From positions 514 through 64,513 of the forward strand of contig CAZDSH010000001.1 in NCBI GenBank assembly GCA_964508195.1: a stretch of DNA of 64,000 bases. The letters are read 5' to 3'. Shown here one piece after another: positions 20,586 through 30,122 of the stretch. The notes under the pieces are model-generated. The model was given only the letters and a program-made list of their open reading frames with translations, had not been told where the DNA came from and made no database searches. Both the position numbers and the translations under genes were made by a program. The stretch comes from an uncultured Clostridiaceae bacterium. Lineage in GTDB: Bacteria > Bacillota > Clostridia > Ch29. Within the stretch, counting starts at the first letter, position 1. The number at the start of each line of letters is the position of its first letter.

Positions 20586-21282
20586 ATCTTCTATCCCGCA
20601 TTGAATAGTCCTTTAGCGCTTCTTCGAACATTTCTGGGGTAAAATCCGGCCAATAGCAATCAGAAAACCAAAGCTCGGAATAGGCTATCTGCCAAAGAAG
20701 GAAATTGCTAATCCTAAGTTCGCCGCTAGGCCTAATCAATAAATCGGGATGGGGTATCCCCTTTGTATAAAGGTAACCCTCGAAAAAATCCTTATCTATA
20801 CTATGTATATTAGCTTTACCTGCGCATATATCCCTGGCTATATTTCTTACGGCCCTGATTATTTCGTCCTGCCCACCGTAATTAATAGCAACGCTGAGCA
20901 CGGTACCGTCATTTTCTTTGGTCTCCGATACTGCTTTGTTTAATTCTTTTTCTATAGGGGCCTTAAGCCGGGAGGTATCCCCTAATATATTCAATTTTAT
21001 GTTATTGCGTTTTAGCTCCCAAAGTTCATTTTTTAAATATTCCATCATTAAACTCATAAGGTTTTTTATCTCTAAATCCGGTCTTTTCCAGTTCTCCGTG
21101 GAGAAAGCATACAGAGTTAGATATTTAAGGCCTATATTACATGAATACTTTACGATTTCTTTCAGCGCCAGCACCCCGGCTCTGTGACCCATCTCCCTAG
21201 GCAACTTTCTCTTTTTGGCCCATCGTCCGTTCCCGTCCATTATTATTGCAACATGCCTTGGATAATTAGCCCTATGGTCCAT
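20560..21282 (-). CDS. uppS: isoprenyl transferase (undecaprenyl diphosphate synthase)
   Basis: Motifs HVAIIMDGNGRWA, ENWKRP and LLIRPSGELRISNFLLWQIAYSELWF. Confidence 0.95.
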   Translation of the reverse strand: MDHRANYPRHVAIIMDGNGRWAKKRKLPREMGHRAGVLALKEIVKYSCNIGLKYLTLYAFSTENWKRPDLEIKNLMSLMMEYLKNELWELKRNNIKLNILGDTSRLKAPIEKELNKAVSETKENDGTVLSVAINYGGQDEIIRAVRNIARDICAGKANIHSIDKDFFEGYLYTKGIPHPDLLIRPSGELRISNFLLWQIAYSELWFSDCYWPDFTPEMFEEALKDYSMRDRRYGGINNAD

Positions 21283-21324
21283 TGTAATACCTCCACCGTA
21301 AAATACCCCCTGCCCAGGAGGTAT

Positions 21325-21510
21325 TTAGCAAACAATTAATTCGATCAGCGTATTTTTATTCCTTTGATCTATTACCCTTTTTTGCCCCTTATCGTCCCTT
21401 TGTCCAAAATAAGCCCCGGTATTTGTTATGACCACGTTAGAAATTTTATGCGCACCAAGTATACGAAGAGCATCATCAACAGTATAACATATTAGCAACG
21501 GTACGCCCAT
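21325..21510 (-). CDS. hypothetical 61-aa protein (resembles a single CBS-motif fragment)
   Basis: ORF only. Its ATG sits 1 nt after the frr stop with no clear SD. TVDDALRILGAHKISNVVITNTGAYFG loosely follows the CBS pattern. It may be a gene remnant or non-coding. Confidence 0.3.
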   Translation of the reverse strand: MGVPLLICYTVDDALRILGAHKISNVVITNTGAYFGQRDDKGQKRVIDQRNKNTLIELIVC

Positions 21511-21511
21511 T

Positions 21512-22069
21512 TTATATTTCCATTATTTCTGCTTCTTTTTTTTCTATAGCTTTGTCAATGGCTTCGATGTATTTGTCCGTTAACCTTTGTATTTCGTTTT
21601 GTGCCCTTTTTTCTTCGTCCTCTGTTAATTCGCTGTTCTTTTTCATGTTCTTGATTACATCGTTGGCGCTCCTACGTTCGTTACGGATGGATATTTTCGA
21701 GTTCTCACCATACTTTTTAATGAGTCTGACGAGTTCTACACGCCGTTCTTCAGTTAACTGGGGTATTACTAACCTTATTACCCTTCCATCGTTGTTAGGA
21801 TTTAATCCCAAATCGGATTTTAGTATTTCCTTTTCAATGTTCTGTAAAGCATTATTGTCGTAAGGTTGTATCACCAAAAGTCTGGGCTCCGGTGCAGAAA
21901 TGCCTGCAATCTGGTTTAATGGTGTGGGGGTACCATAATAATCTACGGTAATTTTGTCTAAAAGGCCCGGATTTGCCCTTCCCGCCCTCACCGTTGTCAA
22001 TTCACCCTCTAATGCCTTCAAAGTGGCTTTCATATTGTTTTCGGCTGTATCGTAAATCTCCAGTTTCAC
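21512..22069 (-). CDS. frr: ribosome recycling factor
   Basis: 185 aa typical RRF (...[28 protein letters not shown]...[10 protein letters not shown]...). Confidence 0.95.
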   Translation of the reverse strand: MKLEIYDTAENNMKATLKALEGELTTVRAGRANPGLLDKITVDYYGTPTPLNQIAGISAPEPRLLVIQPYDNNALQNIEKEILKSDLGLNPNNDGRVIRLVIPQLTEERRVELVRLIKKYGENSKISIRNERRSANDVIKNMKKNSELTEDEEKRAQNEIQRLTDKYIEAIDKAIEKKEAEIMEI

Positions 22070-22124
22070 TTTTAACTCCTCCCTAATATATTAAAGTTTT
22101 TTACGGCTGTTCCTCGTATCCCCG

Positions 22125-22865
<741 letters not shown>

Positions 22866-22867
22866 TC

Positions 22868-22904
22868 ATTATATCAATGGGACACGGAAGTGTCCCATTG
22901 ATAT
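22868..22904 (-). promoter_or_regulatory. perfect 15-bp inverted repeat (stem-loop) between tsf and pyrH, overlapping a TGaTATAAT extended -10
   Basis: Plus strand reads ATATCAATGGGACAC-GGAA-GTGTCCCATTGATAT (22871-22904). On the minus strand the 3' arm runs into TGATATAAT (22876-22868). No U-tract follows. Confidence 0.6.
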
Positions 22905-22921
22905 GTTGCCATGGATTGATC

Positions 22922-23569
22922 CTAACCCTTAGTCTGGGCTAATACTTCTTCAGCGAAGTTCTCTTCCCTCTTTTGCAGCCCTTCGCCCATTTCATATCGT
23001 ACAAACCGCCTTATAGCTATATTTTCACCAGTTTTTGCAATTGTTTCCCTGAGGACCTGTTCAACAGACATCTCGGGGTCCTTTATATAGGGCTGTTCTA
23101 AAATACATATCTCCTTATAAAACTTTCCGATGCGCCCTTCAACCATTTTGTCCACTATATGTTCAGGTTTACCTTCATTTAAAGCCTGCTGCGTAAGTAT
23201 GCGTTTTTCGTCCTTTATTACATCCGCCGGGACGTCTTCCCTGCGTACGTACAATGGTTTAGATGCGGCTACCTGCATAGCCATATTCCTTACGAAGGCT
23301 TTGAAATCGTCAGTTTTTGCTACGAAATCCGTTTCACAGTTCACCTCAATAAGCACCCCAATGCGGCCACCCGTATGTATATATGATTCCACCGTACCCT
23401 CGGCGGTAATCCTGCCAGCCTTTTTTGATGCGGCAGCAAGGCCCTTTTCCCTAAGCAAGTCTATAGCTTTTTCGATATTCCCTTCGGTCTTTTCCAGGGC
23501 CCTTTTACAATCCATCATCCCGGCGCCCGTTTTTCCCCGAAGCTCCTTTACCATTGCGGCTGTTACCAT
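22922..23569 (-). CDS. tsf: translation elongation factor Ts (short form)
   Basis: 215 aa with the N-terminal UBA-like motif [19 protein letters not shown]. Confidence 0.95.
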   Translation of the reverse strand: MVTAAMVKELRGKTGAGMMDCKRALEKTEGNIEKAIDLLREKGLAAASKKAGRITAEGTVESYIHTGGRIGVLIEVNCETDFVAKTDDFKAFVRNMAMQVAASKPLYVRREDVPADVIKDEKRILTQQALNEGKPEHIVDKMVEGRIGKFYKEICILEQPYIKDPEMSVEQVLRETIAKTGENIAIRRFVRYEMGEGLQKREENFAEEVLAQTKG

Positions 23570-23594
23570 AGTTACTACCTCCTAAGCTTATTGT

Positions 23595-23628
23595 TAAAAT
23601 AAAAAGGTAAGGGCGAACCCTCACCTTT
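23595..23628 (-). terminator. rpsB-tsf intergenic intrinsic terminator/attenuator
   Basis: Minus-strand RNA reads AAAGGUGAGGG-UUCG-CCCUUACCUUU (11 bp including one G-U), followed by UUUAUUUU. The stem overlaps the rpsB stop codon. Confidence 0.7.
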
Positions 23629-24334
23629 AATTATCCTGTTCTTCGAGCTGTTCCCCTTGTTTTGCTTCGAGTACTGCATCTGCCAGTATGGAAGTTATCA
23701 GTTTAACGGATCTAATCGCATCATCGTTACCGGGAATAATATGATCTATTTCATCGGGGTCGCAATTCGTATCGACTATGCTGACTAGTGGTATCCCTAA
23801 CTTTCTGGCTTCGGCCACGGCTATTCTTTCTTTACGGGAGTCCACCACATAAACCGCTCCGGGGAGCTCTTTCATATCCTTAATGCCCCCTAGGAACTTG
23901 CCCAGTTTTTCCCTTTCATGGTTCAGCTTTATGACCTCTTTTTTAGGCAAAAGGTCAAAGGTGCCGTCATCCTCCATTTTGTCGAGTTCGTGTAACCTGT
24001 CCACCCTTTTTCTTATGGTCTTAAAATTAGTCAACATCCCCCCTAGCCAACGTTGGTTGACGTAGGGCATCTCACAGCGGCTACTTTCTTCCCGGATGGA
24101 TTCCTGGGCCTGTTTTTTTGTACCTACGAACAATATCTCTTTTCCCTCTGCTACTACGCTTTTTACGAACTCATAAGCGCTTTCAATCATTGTTACCGTC
24201 TTCTGAAGGTCAATTATATAGATGCCGTTCCGTTCGGTAAAAATGTATTTCGCCATTTTCGGGTTCCATCTTCTCGTTTGGTGACCGAAATGTACGCCGG
24301 CTTCTAGTAATTGCTTCATAGTCACTACTGCCAT
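23627..24334 (-). CDS. rpsB: 30S ribosomal protein S2
   Basis: [27 protein letters not shown]... Start set at ATG 24334, 8 nt after GGAGG. The track ORF starts at a GTG that abuts the SD. Confidence 0.96.
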   Translation of the reverse strand: MAVVTMKQLLEAGVHFGHQTRRWNPKMAKYIFTERNGIYIIDLQKTVTMIESAYEFVKSVVAEGKEILFVGTKKQAQESIREESSRCEMPYVNQRWLGGMLTNFKTIRKRVDRLHELDKMEDDGTFDLLPKKEVIKLNHEREKLGKFLGGIKDMKELPGAVYVVDSRKERIAVAEARKLGIPLVSIVDTNCDPDEIDHIIPGNDDAIRSVKLITSILADAVLEAKQGEQLEEQDN

Positions 24335-24448
24335 CTTTGCCACCTCCTATGGTTTTTAACCTCCACCCCCTACATTTGCTAGGATAATCCTAATTTTAGG
24401 ACACCAACCCCAGCTTCAAGGGATGTGTGTTGTTTTATTGCCTCGTGT

Positions 24449-24477
24449 AGTATATCACAGTTCATGGGCATTAGCAA
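24449..24477 (-). promoter_or_regulatory. candidate sigma-A promoter for rpsB-tsf (TTGCTA-N17-TATACT with TG extension)
   Basis: Minus-strand TTGCTA at 24477-24472, a 17-nt spacer ending ..TGa, and TATACT at 24454-24449. A ~105-nt leader follows, containing the UCCUAA-AA-UUAGGA hairpin. Confidence 0.6.
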
Positions 24478-24484
24478 CGATATT

Positions 24485-24925
24485 TCAAATTCCGTCATCG
24501 ATCCCGGTAATTATCTTTATTATATCGTCCATAACAAGACCCTCCTGTATATTATGCGTCCCATAAGGAATACGTCTATCTAACCCTAACTCGATGAGCC
24601 TTTTATCAAAGGCATTTCTATCCTGTATAAGGCCCTTTTCAAACAATAGCTTTGCAACTTTATAGCTATCCGCTCCCTTAGGAATAACGATGGTCCTTAT
24701 AATGGGTTGCGATTTTTCCGTGACGGGTTCTTCTTCTATTGCCTTTTTGATACTATCTTCCTTTCCCAGTACATAATCCGGTCCCTTTCCTTCGAAGGGA
24801 AGGCCCTGCGCTGATTTTCCTGCCTTCCCCGCTAGGATATCCTGTCCCTGGGTTGAGGGTATAATAAAATACGCCATAATAAGGCAGATCCCGAGGGCAA
24901 GGAATATAAATTTAAAGGCTCTCAT
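24485..24925 (-). CDS. membrane-anchored protein with an MltG/YceG N-terminal-like (LysM-like) domain only
   Basis: 146 aa with an N-terminal TM/signal anchor (FIFLALGICLIMAYFII). The C-terminal VIPKGADSYKVAKLLFEKGLIQDRNAFDKRL resembles the non-catalytic N-domain of MltG. No catalytic region is present. Confidence 0.55.
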   Translation of the reverse strand: MRAFKFIFLALGICLIMAYFIIPSTQGQDILAGKAGKSAQGLPFEGKGPDYVLGKEDSIKKAIEEEPVTEKSQPIIRTIVIPKGADSYKVAKLLFEKGLIQDRNAFDKRLIELGLDRRIPYGTHNIQEGLVMDDIIKIITGIDDGI

Positions 24926-25343
24926 TACTGGTTCCCACCCCTTTGCCGGCGAATTTTATTACAAGTTCCGTTTCACCTATACCTATGTCAAGCTCCTTTG
25001 CGATCTCTAAAACGGATTTTCCTTTGCGATGGAGCTCTAATATAGTACTCTTTTTACTCCATTGCTGTGGGGCTTCAGACAAGTCTTCTTCCTGCGTTGG
25101 CTCCGATATCGTTAGCACCTCATTGTATATCGTTAACATATTGTTATATTTTTTATCCAATTCGTCTACTACTGTAGCCGAAAGTTCGTTCAATTCGTCG
25201 ATGAGTAATTCCGTCCGGGCGCTGGCCTGTTTTAGCTCCCTTATCTCGGCCTTATTTTTTAGTGCATCGCCTATGAACAATATTATTGATACAATAATAA
25301 ACCCGATACCGGAAAAGAGTAGCCAATGATTCATCCTATACAC
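24912..25343 (-). CDS. membrane-anchored coiled-coil protein with a C-terminal helix-turn-helix-like motif
   Basis: 143 aa. TM segment (LLFSGIGFIIVSIILFI), a coiled-coil region, and the C-terminal LELHRKGKSVLEIAKELDIGIGETELVIKF. It holds the position that swrB holds after sigD in B. subtilis. Confidence 0.55.
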   Translation of the reverse strand: MYRMNHWLLFSGIGFIIVSIILFIGDALKNKAEIRELKQASARTELLIDELNELSATVVDELDKKYNNMLTIYNEVLTISEPTQEEDLSEAPQQWSKKSTILELHRKGKSVLEIAKELDIGIGETELVIKFAGKGVGTSNESL

Positions 25344-25345
25344 CT

Positions 25346-25648
25346 CTATATCTTAATATCTATCCTACCGGACTGGATATTTTTCGTAGCTTTTTTTCTT
25401 TTTTCTTTTTTCTGATCCCGTTTTTTGTATCCTTTACTGTCCTTTTTTCCCTCATCATCGCGTATTATGGCGTGTTCGGCTTTTTGTGTATATTTTATTT
25501 GACGGTTTTCTATTTGGGTCCTCTGTTGTAAAACCTGGGCTTGTTGTTGTAGCTGCAGCCTTGTTTTGGCATCCCTAGGATACCTGCTCTGTGCTATTTC
25601 CGCACTTTTTTGTACGACAATCTGCATATCCACCGCTCTTACGGTCAT
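25346..25648 (-). CDS. hypothetical 100-aa Q-rich/K-rich protein
   Basis: ORF tightly packed between the FapA-like gene and the TM-HTH gene. It has a Q-rich centre (LQLQQQAQVLQQRTQIENRQ) and a lysine-rich tail. I recognise no family. Confidence 0.5.
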   Translation of the reverse strand: MTVRAVDMQIVVQKSAEIAQSRYPRDAKTRLQLQQQAQVLQQRTQIENRQIKYTQKAEHAIIRDDEGKKDSKGYKKRDQKKEKRKKATKNIQSGRIDIKI

Positions 25649-25663
25649 AGAACCCCCCCTCCA

Positions 25664-27433
25664 TTACTTCCCATAAGTACCTAGTTTTATTTCCCCTTCG
25701 GCCCTGTAAAAGGATACATATTCAAGGGTATCCCTTACGTGCATTTTAGAGCTGCCGATGGTAATCGTTGTACCGGCATGGACTACACCCTCTACGTTTA
25801 TTCTACCTGTGGATATGGTATCCAGCTGTTCCTGCATACCCGCTAATTTCATCGTGTTTTGTCTTATATTTTCTTCGAGCTGGGACTTTAAGTTTAAACA
25901 TTTTTGGAGCAATACCTTCCTATTTTCAGGCACATAGCCCGTCTTTGCGATCTTAGCCACCAGCTTAATATTGGACTCTACCTGCTGCAGGGACTTCTTT
26001 TCCTCTTCGATCTTTTTTATAAGATCATCAATCTTTGTCTTTAAACCGGGATCGACCCCTACTTCAATATGGGTGGCGGTAGCCATTGGCGAGCCGATGG
26101 TCTTTGCACGTATTTCCTTCCCGGCGGAGATGTTTCCGCCCACTAAAAGCCCCTTTCTGCCCTTTAGTTCAATGCTGGATTTACATCGTATAACGCTATG
26201 CATAATCGCTTCTGCAGTTATGCCGCCCTTAGCCTCTACTGTACAGTTTTCGATAAACCTAGAAACGAGGGTACCTTCACATATAAGTACGCCCCTGCCG
26301 CTGCCTTGGGCGCCCCTTTTGAGTATTATATCCCCTCCGGATACGAGTTTCGCCCCCTCGACGACCCCGTGCACTTCGATGTCCCCATCGGCGTGTATCT
26401 CAAAACCCGTGAGCACATTACCGCCGACCCTTACTTTACCTACGAACCTTATATTCCCCGTCGAATTGTCCACATTGCTGCGTACCTCGTATATCGGGTG
26501 AACATTAATCCTACCGTTTACAAAGTTTATCTGGCCATCCACCGCGGCTATTAGGCTAAGGTTATCAGCTGTAACTTCGGTGTTTTTGCCCTTAGGCAAC
26601 CTTGCAATCGCACCGGCCTTGGCCTTAATCGGGTTACCTAATACGTCCTGCCCGTCCGTACCCTCGGTAGGGGGCACAAGACTTGCGAGGGTCTGTTTAG
26701 CTACAACATTTTCGATAAGATCCAGTTCACGGAAGTCTATGGAACCGTTTGCCCTGGTCTTCAATTCCCTTTTTTTGTTTATCTCTACCTTATAATCTAC
26801 GTACCCATCCTCCCCGTTTATAGGCTCAACCGCTGTGGCAATGAGGACCGGTGTACCATAAATATTTTTTGTGATCATGTTCTCTATATTATTATAATTC
26901 AATCCGGCTACCACACCATTCTTATTGAGTATGGTCACAGCCCTATCCTTGGTAAGGGTATCGCCTCCGTTAGGAGGTATCATAACGGCATAGGCGGATT
27001 TATTATCTTTTTCAATATTAATTTCGAGGGTTGCCGGATGCTTTATTTCTTCTTGGGGGGGGGCGATCTTTATCGTTTCAGTATTTACTACATTTGCCGC
27101 TTCTATTATAGCCTCTTCATCTATATCCTTAACATCTTTATATTTTAGGTTTTCCCTTATGTCCTCGGCCCTAACACTCATTCCGTTGCCAACAGGCGGG
27201 TTCACTTTAACATAAACTCCGTCCTTTTTGTACAACACCCTGAAGTTGCCATCCACATTCGTAGGCATATTGTAAAGGGGAGATATCTCTACGACGAACT
27301 CTCCCTCCTCGCCTACGTCCTTCGCTCCGTCTGTACCCTTAATAAGATACACTTCCGCCGTGTCATAGGTGACACCGAAATGTCTAAGTCCTTTGTCCAC
27401 TGCCTCCTGAAATGTTTTTCCCCTGAATATCAT
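25664..27433 (-). CDS. FapA/DUF342 family protein (flagellar assembly protein A-like)
   Basis: 589 aa. The C-terminal half shows the DUF342 beta-helix repeat pattern (GDIEVHGVVEGAKLVSGGDIILKRGAQG...VEAKGGITAEAIMHSVIRCKSSIELKG...GGNISAGKEIRAKTIGSPMATATHIEVGVDP), followed by a coiled coil. Confidence 0.8.
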   Translation of the reverse strand: MIFRGKTFQEAVDKGLRHFGVTYDTAEVYLIKGTDGAKDVGEEGEFVVEISPLYNMPTNVDGNFRVLYKKDGVYVKVNPPVGNGMSVRAEDIRENLKYKDVKDIDEEAIIEAANVVNTETIKIAPPQEEIKHPATLEINIEKDNKSAYAVMIPPNGGDTLTKDRAVTILNKNGVVAGLNYNNIENMITKNIYGTPVLIATAVEPINGEDGYVDYKVEINKKRELKTRANGSIDFRELDLIENVVAKQTLASLVPPTEGTDGQDVLGNPIKAKAGAIARLPKGKNTEVTADNLSLIAAVDGQINFVNGRINVHPIYEVRSNVDNSTGNIRFVGKVRVGGNVLTGFEIHADGDIEVHGVVEGAKLVSGGDIILKRGAQGSGRGVLICEGTLVSRFIENCTVEAKGGITAEAIMHSVIRCKSSIELKGRKGLLVGGNISAGKEIRAKTIGSPMATATHIEVGVDPGLKTKIDDLIKKIEEEKKSLQQVESNIKLVAKIAKTGYVPENRKVLLQKCLNLKSQLEENIRQNTMKLAGMQEQLDTISTGRINVEGVVHAGTTITIGSSKMHVRDTLEYVSFYRAEGEIKLGTYGK

Positions 27434-27446
27434 TTTTTAACACCCC

Positions 27447-28235
27447 CTATATAGTTAGGTCCGCCCTATGTGCTGAAAGGCAATTCTTCATACGTAAAAC
27501 AGCCCTTGTATGTAATTGAGATATCCTGGATTCGGATACGTCTAATACTTTTCCAATTTCTTTATAGGTCAGCCCTTCGTAGTAATATAAAGTAATTATC
27601 AATCGTTCCCTTTCCGGCAGACCTTCTATCGCTTCCCTAAGGAGCCTTTTAGTCTCTTTGGCTTCCAACAGTTCATCCGGTTGTTTTACGTGGGTGTTCC
27701 TATTCTCCTCCCCCGATGGTATTGTTCTAACTTCCATATTGTTTTCCAATAACTCCTCTAATGACAGTATTGATAGCGCTCCTATATCCCCTAATGTCTT
27801 CAAAAATGTTGTCTTGTCTACGCCTATGTACTCTGCCACCTCGTCATCGGTAGGAGTTCTACTTAATTTTAACTCCAAGTCTTTATACGCACTTTCTATC
27901 TCTTTAGCTTTGTACCTGAGGGAACGGGGTGCCCAATCATTTTTTCTGAGGTGATCTATTATCGCCCCCCGTATTCTTAGCTGGGCATAGGTTTCAAATT
28001 TAATGTTCTTATTGATATCGAATTTATCTATTGCATCCATAAGGCCGAATATGCCATAGCTTATCAAGTCATCCATTTCTACGCTCCCCGTGCTTAACGT
28101 GCTTTTTAGACGACCTGCTACTATTTTAACCAACGGGATATAGCTGTTCATTAAAACATTTCTAAGGTCGCGACGATTATCTTTTTTATATTCGTCCCAT
28201 AATTTTGCCTCATCCATATTAGCTAATCCCCCCAC
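27447..28235 (-). CDS. fliA: RNA polymerase sigma factor, FliA/WhiG/SigD (sigma-28) family
   Basis: Region 2 (GIFGLMDAIDKFD, RIRGAIIDHLR) and region 4 HTH (YYYEGLTYKEIGKVLDVSESRISQLHTRAVLRMK). Located at the end of the che block. An alternative start is the Met at 28217. Confidence 0.92.
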   Translation of the reverse strand: MGGLANMDEAKLWDEYKKDNRRDLRNVLMNSYIPLVKIVAGRLKSTLSTGSVEMDDLISYGIFGLMDAIDKFDINKNIKFETYAQLRIRGAIIDHLRKNDWAPRSLRYKAKEIESAYKDLELKLSRTPTDDEVAEYIGVDKTTFLKTLGDIGALSILSLEELLENNMEVRTIPSGEENRNTHVKQPDELLEAKETKRLLREAIEGLPERERLIITLYYYEGLTYKEIGKVLDVSESRISQLHTRAVLRMKNCLSAHRADLTI

Positions 28236-28239
28236 GGTT

Positions 28240-28539
28240 CTAATCCTCCTTCGATGAATCTATAACCGTAAACTTTAATTCTTCGAACTCCCCATCATCT
28301 TTTTGTCTTTTTTGTTCCGGGGCCGTATGTTTCCCTTCCTCCCTCGTTTTTGCTGTGTCCTTCTCAATACCGGCTAACACCTTTAAGAAACAAAAACCTA
28401 ATATATAAAAACAAATAATTGCGGGTATGATCCTAAAAAGGGCCGTTAAAGGCGATACCCTTTTTATCACGCAAACAAGTATAGATATAATCAGGGCAAT
28501 AGCCGAAAAATATAGCGGTATTATTTTGTTGTCATACAT
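28240..28539 (-). CDS. hypothetical small membrane protein (2 TM plus a charged tail)
   Basis: 99 aa with two hydrophobic helices and then a K/E-rich tail. Wedged between cheD and fliA with 4-12 nt gaps. Confidence 0.5.
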   Translation of the reverse strand: MYDNKIIPLYFSAIALIISILVCVIKRVSPLTALFRIIPAIICFYILGFCFLKVLAGIEKDTAKTREEGKHTAPEQKRQKDDGEFEELKFTVIDSSKED

Positions 28540-28551
28540 AATTCATCACCC

Positions 28552-29040
28552 TTATAACACGTTTGTTCCATGACCTATAGTCTTTATATTAAGGGCCCCG
28601 TTCTCCGAAAAAAACTTTATAGTTCTCCCGTAGTTACCCCCTACGTCCTCGGCGATTATATTCACCCTTTGCCTTTTTAGCTCTTCCTTCACCGCCCTTA
28701 CATTCCGTTCACCGATTCTCATAAGCTCATTATCGGATTTAAAAGCGAACATCTGTGCACCACCGGCTATTTTGGCGGTTATAATGCTTTTGTTTGCTCC
28801 TAATCCTATCATATCATTGATTAGCATTTTAATCGCCGTATCTGCGAACTTAGCCTTGTTAGAGTTGTTTTTTATCTCCAGGCTTGAGGGGAGCATTATA
28901 TGGGCCATTCCGATAATTTTTTCACGTCGTTCGTAGAGGCATATCCCTACACAGGATCCCAGTCCAAGGGTAACTAATACTGAAGGGTCCTTTGCAGCGG
29001 CGGCCTCCGCTATACCGATCTTTATGATTTTAACCGTCAT
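28552..29040 (-). CDS. cheD: chemoreceptor glutamine deamidase CheD
   Basis: 162 aa with the catalytic-Cys context TLGLGSCVGICLYE and MAHIMLP. Confidence 0.92.
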   Translation of the reverse strand: MTVKIIKIGIAEAAAAKDPSVLVTLGLGSCVGICLYERREKIIGMAHIMLPSSLEIKNNSNKAKFADTAIKMLINDMIGLGANKSIITAKIAGGAQMFAFKSDNELMRIGERNVRAVKEELKRQRVNIIAEDVGGNYGRTIKFFSENGALNIKTIGHGTNVL

Positions 29041-29666
29041 AGTTCTGTTACTCCTAATTTATCCATAAGTTTAGCAAAGGATTCTATATCGGGGATCAAT
29101 AAAAAGTTACCCTTTACATGTTTTTTCCCTTCGGAGAAGTGGGTTTCTATAAAAAGTACGCTATCCCCCATATAACCGAACTGTATAATGGGAACACTTA
29201 ACACAGCACCCGCCATATCAATAGCGAGGGCGGGTACCGAAATTTTTATATCCATTCCGGTCATCGTAGATAGTGAGCTTATGTAGGACCCTGCTAATAT
29301 ATTCCCTATTTCTTCAAGGGCGGACAGATCCATTTCACCGAATTCGTCGGCCTCTCTAGGCACATCAAATAGCATATCCAAAAGCGATCTCGCACAATGT
29401 ACCGGCAACAAAAACATAATTGTTCCCGTTATATCCCTCTCCATCCGGAAATAGATACCTGCTATCTCCGCTTCGGCACCGCCGAGTATCTCGCTAAGTT
29501 CTTTAAATTTCAAAATCCTCACCCGGGGTACCTCCATGGATACTTTCTTGTTCAGCATCTTTGAGAGGGCGGTTACCGCGTTCCCGGCTCCCACGCTTCC
29601 AAGTTCCTTAAGGGTTTCCATTTGCATAAAGCTCATGTTTTCGTAATCCATTGTCACGGCCCTCAC
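29037..29666 (-). CDS. cheC: CheY-P phosphatase CheC
   Basis: 209 aa with two CheC-type repeats (LKELGSVGAGNAVTALSKM; LEEIGNILAGSYISSLSTM). Confidence 0.9.
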   Translation of the reverse strand: MRAVTMDYENMSFMQMETLKELGSVGAGNAVTALSKMLNKKVSMEVPRVRILKFKELSEILGGAEAEIAGIYFRMERDITGTIMFLLPVHCARSLLDMLFDVPREADEFGEMDLSALEEIGNILAGSYISSLSTMTGMDIKISVPALAIDMAGAVLSVPIIQFGYMGDSVLFIETHFSEGKKHVKGNFLLIPDIESFAKLMDKLGVTEL

Positions 29667-29676
29667 TTCCAGTTGG

Positions 29677-30111
29677 TTAATTCGTGTTCAATAATTTTTC
29701 CAGATCCATCACTCCGATTATCCTTTCCCGAAACTTGATTATGCTCTTTATATAGTTATCCCCCTTGCCCCCGGCAAACTCCGTACCCGCGTCGATCAGG
29801 TCATCCTCTACGTCGATAACTTCCTTTGCGGTATCGGCGGTGATGCCTATTTCTATATCCTTTACGTTTATAATTATTATTCTGCTCTCGTCATCAAAGC
29901 CTTTGTCCTTTAGGCCAATTCGTTCCCTTGTATTGAATACAGGGATGACCTCACCCCTTAAATTTATAACCCCTTTTACGAAATCCCTGGCCCCGGGTAC
30001 CGGGGTTATTTCGGTTATTTTTTCTATAGTCTTTACATTGTCTATTTCGATGGCAAACTCCCTGTCCCCTATCTTAAAGACAACGTACTGGATGATCGGC
30101 ATGTTACCCAC
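29677..30111 (-). CDS. cheW: chemotaxis coupling protein CheW
   Basis: 144 aa CheW domain (FKIGDREFAIEIDNVKTIE...GVINLRGEVIPV). Confidence 0.92.
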   Translation of the reverse strand: MGNMPIIQYVVFKIGDREFAIEIDNVKTIEKITEITPVPGARDFVKGVINLRGEVIPVFNTRERIGLKDKGFDDESRIIIINVKDIEIGITADTAKEVIDVEDDLIDAGTEFAGGKGDNYIKSIIKFRERIIGVMDLEKLLNTN

Positions 30112-30122
30112 CCCTTGTATAA

